From Andalucia godoyi And28 (Eukaryota > Protista > Jakobida), in NCBI GenBank assembly GCA_009859145.1, contig VRVR01000021.1:257507-321506 (forward strand): 64,000 nt of DNA. Direction: 5' to 3'. The position numbers were made by a program, and so were the translations under genes. Below, one piece after another: positions 52,387-60,936 of the stretch (positions are counted from its first letter, which is position 1; each line of letters starts with the position of its first letter). The notes beneath the pieces were generated by a model. The model had not been told where the DNA came from. It saw only the letters and a list, made by a program, of their open reading frames with translations, and did no database searches.

Positions 52387-54564
52387 TCAGTGGCCATGAG
52401 GAGAATTCATCGATATGGAAGCCAGAAGATCCGCCACTTCTTGTTGAGCTTGTCGATGTGCTGCACTGCTGGCAACATCATCGTCAATATATGTGCTATG
52501 TACAATGCTCATGCCGTCGGACCGCTGCTGTCTGGACGTCGACCGCGAGTCTTCCGGATCGCTAGCCAGATCTGAAGCTTGATGCATCGTATCCTCAAAC
52601 CGCCATAGTCTTTCGGAACCAGCAGTCGCGTCCGCATCCGTGTCCGCACCAGCATCCGCATCCAAGTTCCGTAGCATGCCGCTATGTCGAAGGAACGACT
52701 CGATCGACGCAAGGTCGGCCGAAAAGTCCGAATCCTGAAAGTCGACTCGGAAACCTGCGTAGGGGAGAGCAGATGGAGTGCCAGAAGGCGGAGATGAGCC
52801 GATCCTCGACTGGTATTCTCTGCGACCCACCTCTCGATCAGTGTGCACTGCATAAGAGGGAGACCGGGTCGGTGGAGACGAAGCGGAGATTCGAGAACGA
52901 GACATGGGAGAAACAGTGGCAGACAATGCATTGTAAGATGATACTGCAGTCAGCGGAGGAGACGCATACAGCTTCGGCTTGAACGGGCACTCGCGGTGCA
53001 GCCGTGACTGTTCTTCAACAAGTTTGATTTGACGATTGATCTGCCGATGTGCTCCATCTTCTGCCAGACGAATGAGGAAGTCGTCTGACTCGGACTGCTT
53101 CTTGCTCGAAGAACCACCACCACCACCACCACTGTTGCAGCTGCTTGCGTTGTGGTTGCTGGTATTGTTCACGCTCTCTGGGAGTCGTGTCGGTCGAGGA
53201 TTTGCGCTGCTAGCCAAACCTGGCCGCGACTTTCCTTCCGATTTGGACACATCTTTTCCTCGCGGTGATTCATACAATGGCTTTCGCTTCGCATAGTGAG
53301 ACGACGGATTAATCCTAGGCGAAAATGTGCATTCCACTTTCTGCACATCGAGTGCTTCCGAAGCCTGGAATCGCACAAGCCGCTGTCTTTCCGCATCTCT
53401 GTACAAGCTGTCAAACACTACTTGATTTGCAGCAGCCAGCGACCGGTCCGAAATTGCCTCGGATCTCGCAGATAGCGGCGGAGAAGATCTAAACGAAGAA
53501 AACCCGGTGACATGCGGAGCTGTATCGAAGGCATACACATGCGTTGCGGTGGACTCTGTGCCGTTTCCTAAGCTTCCCGTCGACGGGGACCCATGAATTC
53601 CTCCTCGGGACTCTGCTTGCGATTCCAGGGCGCTGATCTCCGCATACGCTTCCTTTCGCGAAAGTCGATCCAGGGCGTCGCGGTAGAGTCTCTCGGAGAC
53701 CGGCGCATCGTAGACGAGAGCTGCGGACTGCGGGTTGATTCGCGGCGTAAAGAGCGAATCGGTCACAGAAGGGTCGATTTCTCCCTTGAGCTTCCGTTCA
53801 ATGTGGTGCACAAAGTGATCATCCCAGTCTTTGACAACCGACTTGTACGACGCGGCAAGCTCGATGATCTTGCGCGACCGCTTCGACATGAACTGATTAC
53901 TCTCAGCCTTGATCTTCTGATCCTCCATCGCCACAAACTCTGCTCTTTTCTGCTCGAGTTTCTCTTCCTTCTTCCGCGCCCATGCGTTCAGCTTGTCTGC
54001 AATCCCACTCTGCGGCCTCTCCTTCTCCACCGCCGTCTTCCTGCCCTCGTCCGTCCCACCAACTCCAGCCAGCTCCTGTCTCCCACTCTCTGCATACATG
54101 TGTGTAAACGGATACGAGTCTGCATCATCGTACAAGTACTCATTATAAGACAAGAACGGCGATGTCGATCCCGAGGCCGAGTCCTGTCCCTGTCCCTGAG
54201 CGTGTCCGTACCACTCACGAGGACTCCGACTCGTGCGTTCTCTCGCATAACCACCACCATCATCCTTCCCGAGGCCGTCCTCCTCGCGGGATTCAGGATG
54301 AGGATGAGGATGAGAGTGAGAGTGAGAGTGATAATTATAAGCATGGTGCAATGGCGGAGTTCGTGCGCCGGGTCGTCGTGACAGCGAAGTGTCCGGGCGA
54401 AACGAGAGTTCCTTTGCCTGTTCCTTATCTCGCATCTCCTTTTCCCGCTCTGCAGCAATAGCACGCTTCTTGAGCTGTGACACACCCTTTGCATACAGAT
54501 AGTGACCTCGATTGGAAAACGACGAGGACGACTCGGTCACGATCAGATCATCATCATCTGCCAT
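52387..54564 (-). CDS. About 725-aa disordered/coiled-coil protein with repeated F-x-P-x-I/L-N motifs (putative microtubule-associated)
   Basis: Start placed at MADDDDLIV, downstream of a polypurine leader. Motifs LSFRPDTS, LFTPRINPQS, CTFSPRINPSS and CPFKPKLY alternate with ERLYRDA/DSLYRDA helices. Confidence 0.6.
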   Translation of the reverse strand: MADDDDLIVTESSSSFSNRGHYLYAKGVSQLKKRAIAAEREKEMRDKEQAKELSFRPDTSLSRRPGARTPPLHHAYNYHSHSHSHPHPHPESREEDGLGKDDGGGYARERTSRSPREWYGHAQGQGQDSASGSTSPFLSYNEYLYDDADSYPFTHMYAESGRQELAGVGGTDEGRKTAVEKERPQSGIADKLNAWARKKEEKLEQKRAEFVAMEDQKIKAESNQFMSKRSRKIIELAASYKSVVKDWDDHFVHHIERKLKGEIDPSVTDSLFTPRINPQSAALVYDAPVSERLYRDALDRLSRKEAYAEISALESQAESRGGIHGSPSTGSLGNGTESTATHVYAFDTAPHVTGFSSFRSSPPLSARSEAISDRSLAAANQVVFDSLYRDAERQRLVRFQASEALDVQKVECTFSPRINPSSHYAKRKPLYESPRGKDVSKSEGKSRPGLASSANPRPTRLPESVNNTSNHNASSCNSGGGGGGSSSKKQSESDDFLIRLAEDGAHRQINRQIKLVEEQSRLHRECPFKPKLYASPPLTAVSSYNALSATVSPMSRSRISASSPPTRSPSYAVHTDREVGRREYQSRIGSSPPSGTPSALPYAGFRVDFQDSDFSADLASIESFLRHSGMLRNLDADAGADTDADATAGSERLWRFEDTMHQASDLASDPEDSRSTSRQQRSDGMSIVHSTYIDDDVASSAAHRQAQQEVADLLASISMNSPHGH

Positions 54565-55020
54565 TTTCTTCTTTCTTCTTCTTCTTCTTCTTCTCTTTTT
54601 TTGACTATTCTTGTCGCGCCTTGATTCTTCTGCTCCTTTTCCTCTTGCTTTAGCGCACGGTGATCGGATGGTGTGCTGAATGAAGAAAACAAGAGCAGTA
54701 TGATTTCGTTTTTTTAGTTGCACAGAGTTCGTTGAATTGGAAAATCTGGATAAACGTTGCATTGGGGAAGACTGGACCGTTGAATAATGACACGTCATTG
54801 TCATGCATACGCAAGTATGAATAAACAGACACGGTCAATACTGGCCGACGATAGCACGTTTGCTTCACAGGGACTTCGTGCTTACGCACGCTCGGCCAAA
54901 ATTCAGCCGGTGACATAGGCTCTGCATTTTCGACGCTCTTTAACGCAGCATCCATAGCCATCTATTCTATCATTCGTTGGTTTCACTCTTTTTGGTTTCA
55001 CTCTTTTTATTCAAATATGG

Positions 55021-55334
55021 GCGTGGGCGCGCTGGGATGACGCATTCGCCTACGCTGCGCCTACGCCGCTCGATATGGGGCCTCCTAGGTCCGCAGACCT
55101 CCTAAGAGACCACGTGTCACTACGCCTGCTGCTAGGGCCGTCAGCATCAAAATGCACCCTTCTCAGGAACAACGTGTCACGCTGAGAAAGTGGCTCACCG
55201 ATTGATCGAGATTGGAACGGAGCGTGGAGCGCGGAACATTTATCTGAAGAACGCCGTGAGACGTGTTGGGGCCGATCCCCTTCCCGGCAACGGGATGCAT
55301 GATTGACTATGCATGTCTATTCGTAGATATGCAT
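55021..55334 (+). ncRNA. Candidate structured non-coding RNA (unidentified)
   Basis: Four hairpins within 315 bp of intergenic DNA: GCGTGGGCG/CGCCTACGC; TTCTCAG/CTGAGAA; TCCCG-GCAA-CGGGA; and ATGCATGTCTA-TTCG-TAGATATGCAT. No family motif recognised. Confidence 0.3.
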
Positions 55335-55502
55335 GTTCAGTGTATAATATCGGAGTGGCGTTCACATCAATTGATGCTTAGCTTTCTACTCCCGCAATTC
55401 CGTCCCATTTCCGTTGTGTCGTGATATACTGAATGATACGTAAATTGTGCTTGGTTCTTCTGTCTTATTTATATATTGGTGTATACATTCTGGTGAAATG
55501 AG

Positions 55503-56333
55503 ATGAGTCAGGATAAGCCGACGTTTGCGCCAAAGATATCGTTTGCGCTGTCTGGATCGAAACAACGAGAGTCTTTGGCACCGCGTCGGACCGCGACCTT
55601 GGAAGCCGATGACGATCGCGATGGCGACACAGGATCAGGAACATGGTGTGCAAAGAGGCCGCTCAAGCGCGAGACCGTAGGGATATCGGATCAATGCATT
55701 GTCATGGAGCCGGATGCGAAACGGATTGCTTCACACCGTTCTTCACCTGCCGTAATCCAATGTCCCTCCACTACAGCCGACAATCAGCGACTACCGCCAC
55801 CGCCACCGCCACCGCCACCGCCACCGCCACCGCCACCGTCTTTGCTTCGGCTGCGGAGAGTGCGTCCGGTGGAGGTGGAATGCGACGCGTCTGCATCGAC
55901 CGTTGGAGATTCTAAGGGATCCATGTACGACCATGTTCCGGTGTCGGAGTTTGCGGCGCGCGTCTTAACAGGTCTTGGGTGGACCCCGGAGGCGACGGTT
56001 GAGGTGGATGCTGGCAGACTCATTGCGCTGGAGACTGCGGGCAATCGACGAAGTGACCATGCGGGACTCGGCATCTCATCAAGCGAAGTCCCTTTTACGG
56101 CTGGTTCGTTCGTCCTTGTCCGCAACTCGCGTGTCGTCCAGCAAATGCCAGTCGTTGTCGCGAGAACCAAGACTGTGTTTGCAGAAGCACTTCTGGTCCA
56201 ATACTCGGCGGCAAAAGAAGAAAAAATCAAGAAGAACGACTGCACTCTCATCGATCTCTCCACCGCCTCTTCAGCCGTCGTAGCTGCTGTCCATACTCTG
56301 CGGGCTTCGCTGCCTCCGCTGCCGCTGCCGTAG
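55503..56333 (+). CDS. Spp2/MOS2/GPKOW-like G-patch splicing factor
   Basis: YDHVPVSEFAARVLTGLGW...RRSDHAGLG matches the Spp2/MOS2-type G-patch. KOW-like FTAGSFVLV follows; a poly-Pro tract is present. Confidence 0.7.
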   Translation: MSQDKPTFAPKISFALSGSKQRESLAPRRTATLEADDDRDGDTGSGTWCAKRPLKRETVGISDQCIVMEPDAKRIASHRSSPAVIQCPSTTADNQRLPPPPPPPPPPPPPPPSLLRLRRVRPVEVECDASASTVGDSKGSMYDHVPVSEFAARVLTGLGWTPEATVEVDAGRLIALETAGNRRSDHAGLGISSSEVPFTAGSFVLVRNSRVVQQMPVVVARTKTVFAEALLVQYSAAKEEKIKKNDCTLIDLSTASSAVVAAVHTLRASLPPLPLP

Positions 56334-56558
56334 TGGGACTCCTTTCTTTTTCGCGTTTACGCAGCAAACGTTCCGAGTATTTTTCCTGTTCTGTTCTGTT
56401 TCATCTGTCATTCTTTCCTTTCGTTCTTTCCTTTCCTCCCCTTTCTGTTTCATCGCTTCTTGTTTTTGTTTTGTATTTGTGGTTTTGTGTAATTCAGCGA
56501 AAGACCACGCCCACACAGTCACCGAGGAGGACCACATTGACAAGAGAAAAAGGAGAAA

Positions 56559-58286
56559 ATGGTGTCAGCGAAGAAAAAGTCGATTCCGAGACCGACGGGA
56601 ACAGCGCCGTATTATATGACTCGTAATGAAGCGCTGCGAAAGTTGCAAGTTTCTCTCAAAGACTTTCGGCGGCTGTGCATTTTGAAAGGAGTGTTTCCGC
56701 GTGATCCGCCCAAGAAGAAGAGTGGAAAAGACAAGGTTTACTATGCAGTGAAGGATATTACGTATCTCGCACACGAGCCGATTCTTGCAAAGTTCCGAGA
56801 TCTAAAGGCGTGGATGAAGAAGTACCGTCGAGCTGTTGGACGAAAAGAGGAGAACATCGCTGATCGCTTGACGGAGAACAAGCCCATGTATACGCTCGAC
56901 CATTTGATTCGGGAAAGATACCCGACTTTTGAATCTGCGCTCGCAGATTTAGATGATGCACTCAGCTTGGTCCATTTGTTTGCGCGGCTTCCTTCGACTG
57001 CATCGATTGATCGAGAAAAACATGTTGTCCCGTGCGAGCAACTTGTTGCGCACTGGCAATTCATCACAACTCGTATGCGGGCGCTGCAAAAGTGTTTTGT
57101 TGCTGTGAAGGGTGTGTATTATCAAGCACACGTTCGAGGACAGGCAATCACATACATTGTCCCTCACGAGACAGCGCAGCAAAATACTGCAGAAGGGCTC
57201 GTAGACTACAAGATTCTGCTTACGTTTTTGGAGTTTTACACTGTATTGACGAAGTTTGTCCTTTTCCGTTTGTTCAAGGATCAGGGTTTGCAGTATCCCC
57301 CCGTCGCCGATCTCGAGCAAGGCACCTCCTTCTCGCATTTGCAGGTCGTGGAAAGACAGGATTCCACGGTGCATGCAGGTGCTGCTGAAGACGAGGATGG
57401 TGCAGTTGGTGCTAATGGTGTGGCCCAGGCCGCATCCGTCGGTCTCGGTACAGACGGAAGAAAATCTGTCTTTGAAGGGCTTCGTGTGGCATTCGGCCGC
57501 GAATGTCCGTGTCAGATGATGGAGCTCCTGATTCGAGGCGCTGGCGGAATCGTTGATGAAAAGGGTGCAACGCATGTTGTTGTTGACCGTCCTGCTCTCA
57601 ATATTTCGGTCTTCCCGCAGTTGTCCAAGCGTTTCAATGGCTCTGTTGCAGAGATGTCCAAGGCTGTCGAAATTGTCCAGCCACAGTGGATTGTCGATTC
57701 TTTCAACTGGAATTTCCGACTTCCGGTTTCCGAGTTCGCCCTCGGAAAGCCACTCCCGCCGCACCTCTCCCCGTTTGTGGATTACGAAAAGGAAGGATAC
57801 GTTCCTGAGCGCTACAAGGAACTTTTGAGAATCACTCAAGGAGCATCTGCGGCATCTGCAATGGATTTGCCGTCAAATGAAGAAAATGCACGTCGCACGA
57901 AGCCAGCTAAAGTTCCGAGAATGGCGGTTGCAGCCAAGGATGGGGCGGCCTCACGCAAGCGCGGACGCGAGGATGACTCGGTTGGTGTCGAGGATGAAGT
58001 CGTTGTTGACGCTGACTCGAGTGATGACGAAGACGTGCAGGGTTCGATCGTCGACTCGTCGGATGACGAGATTGACGAGGACGAGGATCTTGAAATCGAG
58101 GGAGAGCTCAAGGATGCGCTGCCGGATGCACGTCAGCTCAAGGCGGAGGAGCGCGAACGCAGAAAGTTGATGCTTCCGAGAAAGAAGCAGAAGCTGTACA
58201 ATGCCATGCAGATGAGCCAAGAAAAGAAGCGCCGCAATGTCGAGAAGCTTGTCAAGAAGGCCAAAATTGCGAAGAGTGCCAAGTAG
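56559..58286 (+). CDS. PES1: Pescadillo homolog (Nop7)
   Basis: YMTRNEALRKLQVSLKDFRRLCILKGVFPRDP...YTLDHLIRERYPTFESALADLDDAL; BRCT with VQPQWIVDSFN; LPPHLSPFVD; acidic tail. Confidence 0.97.
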   Translation: MVSAKKKSIPRPTGTAPYYMTRNEALRKLQVSLKDFRRLCILKGVFPRDPPKKKSGKDKVYYAVKDITYLAHEPILAKFRDLKAWMKKYRRAVGRKEENIADRLTENKPMYTLDHLIRERYPTFESALADLDDALSLVHLFARLPSTASIDREKHVVPCEQLVAHWQFITTRMRALQKCFVAVKGVYYQAHVRGQAITYIVPHETAQQNTAEGLVDYKILLTFLEFYTVLTKFVLFRLFKDQGLQYPPVADLEQGTSFSHLQVVERQDSTVHAGAAEDEDGAVGANGVAQAASVGLGTDGRKSVFEGLRVAFGRECPCQMMELLIRGAGGIVDEKGATHVVVDRPALNISVFPQLSKRFNGSVAEMSKAVEIVQPQWIVDSFNWNFRLPVSEFALGKPLPPHLSPFVDYEKEGYVPERYKELLRITQGASAASAMDLPSNEENARRTKPAKVPRMAVAAKDGAASRKRGREDDSVGVEDEVVVDADSSDDEDVQGSIVDSSDDEIDEDEDLEIEGELKDALPDARQLKAEERERRKLMLPRKKQKLYNAMQMSQEKKRRNVEKLVKKAKIAKSAK

Positions 58287-58590
58287 ATGGTTCAGGAATA
58301 TGCGTGTGTGTTGGGAGGCGGTTTGTTCTTTCCTTGTTTTTAATAGCGGATCAAAGCTAGCTGTGTAGTGCTGTACAATTATCGTCATATAATACAATAG
58401 GTGAACAATTCAAATGAAAAATGGGTAACCATAAAGCCAACCCCCCCCCCCCCCCCCCCAAAAAAAAAAAGAAAGAAAGAAAAAACATAATAAAAAATAA
58501 GAGGGATGATGTCGTCGGTGTCGGAGAGGAAAGGGAGGAAGGAAGGGAGCAAGACAACCCTGGAAACAAAATCGTTCACCAGGCCTGGTC

Positions 58591-60036
58591 TTATTCGACG
58601 ACCAAGCTGGAGCCTGTCCACGCGATCTTCCGAAAGCCGTTCAGCGAGAATACATTCATTTCGGAGAACATGGGGGCACAGTGCATCGTGCGGAGCCAAG
58701 TGCAGAACATGCCAAGAAGAACTGCTGGGATTTCACCTTTGAGAACCATGTGGAGCTTGTTGTCGGATTTCAACAGCGGACAAAATGACACTGGGGAGTT
58801 TGTGGAATGGAGAAACAGGTCCGATGAGCGGACGCACAACGCTGGGATTGTTGGAGTGACCGCGGCGTTCATTGACAGCGGAGTCAAGGGTTTTGATGCA
58901 GGTGTCGATGCTGAGACCAGCAGCTGCACGATCTTTGGGAGGGTCTCGAGTACCGAAGAAGACCCTCGGACGACGAAGGACACCTGTTGTCCGTCCTTTG
59001 GACTGATCGAAACCGAGTTCGACATTCTCTCGAGATGAAAATCACTGGGAAGTGAATTGGCGACGGAAACGGGACAGCAAGACCAAACGAGAACCAGGTC
59101 ATGTCCGACAAGATGTTTCTGAACCCAAGCTGGAGACGCCATGCCGTCAGCAAACGTCTCGGACGCACAGCCTCCTTCCAGATCGAGCGGCGCGAACGAA
59201 TCAATCAGCGATTGTGAAAAGACTCCAACCGAGCCCATCGTAGCATGCTCCCAGACTGCGAAGAAGACGGACGCTTCGGAAGAATGCTCACTGTCCACGA
59301 CTCCAAACAAATCACGCACGTTCTCGACAATGCATTTGCTGGCTGTTTCGACTTTTTGAATGTCCAGGTCATCGCAAACAAAGTGAGAGAGCAGGCGCGC
59401 AGCATCTCGTTTGCTGGATGGAAGTGCACAGATTGCCGATCCAAGGCGCTTGCCGATACTCGATTCCAAACCGGAGACGATCGCCTGCAGATCGGGCAGT
59501 TCCAAATTTGCACTTGGAATGGTGAACCGCACCTCGTTTTTGCATGTTTTTACGCAAAACGGCGGAGGCAAATCCGAGGGGCCGGCGACCGAAGACTGCG
59601 ATAGTGTCTGGGAACCGCTGGTCGTATTCTGACTCTGCGAAGCCTGCAAGACGTATCCACGGGAAGTCCGCGACGCGAAGTTTGTTGGGGTGGTTCTGGA
59701 CTTCTTTGGCCGAGGACCGGAGAGCCCAGCCTCGTCTTTCGAGTGCCTTGGCGAAGCAGGGAAGTCCTGCGACATGCAGTCATCGATTGTCGAACACCGC
59801 GAATTGCTGGCTGGAGGAATGTTCTCATTCCACGGATTCATCGATGCCGAGTTTGTAACTGGAGTGGACAACGACGACGACGAAGAAGAAGAAAAGGCTA
59901 TGGTCGATGTACTTAGAGATAGGGTCGAGGGAACTCTTCGAAACGGCTCAAACGACGGAGTCCGAGCAGGTCGCCTGATTGCAGGAGTGAGCAGATCCGA
60001 CAGCGAGGAAAACGAACGTCCTAGATCAGCAGCCAT
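58591..60036 (-). CDS. About 481-aa protein, possibly DONSON-like
   Basis: Start placed at MAADLG because the upstream part of the track ORF is a pyrimidine tract/15-bp repeat ending in an AG. A disordered N-terminus is followed by segments (LPPPFCVKT..VRFT; PALCVRSSDLF...HMVLKGEIPAVLL..FC) loosely like DONSON. The identity call is weak. Confidence 0.4.
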   Translation of the reverse strand: MAADLGRSFSSLSDLLTPAIRRPARTPSFEPFRRVPSTLSLSTSTIAFSSSSSSSLSTPVTNSASMNPWNENIPPASNSRCSTIDDCMSQDFPASPRHSKDEAGLSGPRPKKSRTTPTNFASRTSRGYVLQASQSQNTTSGSQTLSQSSVAGPSDLPPPFCVKTCKNEVRFTIPSANLELPDLQAIVSGLESSIGKRLGSAICALPSSKRDAARLLSHFVCDDLDIQKVETASKCIVENVRDLFGVVDSEHSSEASVFFAVWEHATMGSVGVFSQSLIDSFAPLDLEGGCASETFADGMASPAWVQKHLVGHDLVLVWSCCPVSVANSLPSDFHLERMSNSVSISPKDGQQVSFVVRGSSSVLETLPKIVQLLVSASTPASKPLTPLSMNAAVTPTIPALCVRSSDLFLHSTNSPVSFCPLLKSDNKLHMVLKGEIPAVLLGMFCTWLRTMHCAPMFSEMNVFSLNGFRKIAWTGSSLVVE

Positions 60037-60115
60037 GTTGATGAAGTCACTGAATGAATGATCGACTTGTAATAACAATAAATGAAACCAAAAACCAAAA
60101 ACCAAAAATAAAAGA

Positions 60116-60175
60116 AATGAAACAGACAGAAATGAAACAGACAGGAATGAAACAGACAGGAATGAAACAGAAAGA
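60116..60175 (+). repeat. 15-bp tandem repeat (AATGAAACAGACAGR) x4
   Basis: Read directly from the sequence; it explains the SVSFL repeats in track ORF 58591..60402. Confidence 0.9.
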
Positions 60176-60349
60176 AGGGAAAAGACGAGCATTGAAATTC
60201 GCAGACTTGAGTTCCCGCGCAGAATGGTTATGGCGGCAGTTTTGAGGATCAGAACAAACGATGGGCGCCTGAGCGGGGCATTTTCAGCAAACCAATTTGC
60301 GGCGATATTTTCCATTTTTGTGCTTTCTTTCTGAACTCCGCTCGCCAAA

Positions 60350-60830
60350 AACATGAAATCATTATTGATCATCGGAGAAGCTGCAACCGAAGACAGATCC
60401 AAGCCACATGTGTTTTGTTTTTTTATTTATTTATTTGAGGGGCCGAGCACCAACTCTTCAATGCAAATTGCTCTGCATCAATGGGGGTCATCGCTTCTTC
60501 TTACTCTCCGCCTCCAACGAGACAGAATCAACGGGTTCCTTGGTTCTCGGTATCTTCGGACCATGGCCGGTTTGAGTTTGGTGGGAAGGTCCCCCTTTGG
60601 AGCCATGAGATGTTTTCACCTTTGTCTTTGACGAGGTGTTGCTTGAGGGTTCGATTAAAAAATGTAAAAAAAACAAAAAAAAAAAAGAAAATAATAGAGA
60701 GAAGAAGAAAAGTGAAGAGCGAAAGAGATACCGGACTTGACTACGGTAAGAAAAATCGCAACCCAAAGGGTTAGATCAGCAAAACTTTCCGGTATGATGC
60801 TGTTTGTTGGATGTTCATCGACAAAACAGT
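60350..60830 (+). repeat. Dispersed repeat family, full copy B
   Basis: Colinear with 11804-12245. Shares a near-identical core, tcttcggaccatggccggtttgagtttggtgggaaggtccccctttggagccatgagatgtttt, and gacttgactacggtaag. Confidence 0.92.
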
Positions 60831-60936
60831 CCACCGTTAGCCATTTTATCATCCGCTATTTCTTCTCGCAGCAGCTTTCTTCTTGTCCTTCTCTCTTTCA
60901 CTTACCTTCTCTGTGACATGGCGCTGTGTCGATATC

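Noticed and set aside
21763-58286. Apparent clustering of ribosome and translation genes (RSL1D1, uS5m, EFL, PES1)
   Set aside because: They are interspersed with unrelated genes, and such genes are common in a compact genome.
60037-60402. N-terminal extension of track ORF 58591..60402, which looks like a TM segment
   Set aside because: It translates a pyrimidine tract, the 15-bp repeat and repeat copy B. Similar artefactual extensions occur at 298, 12266, 49984 and 54804.
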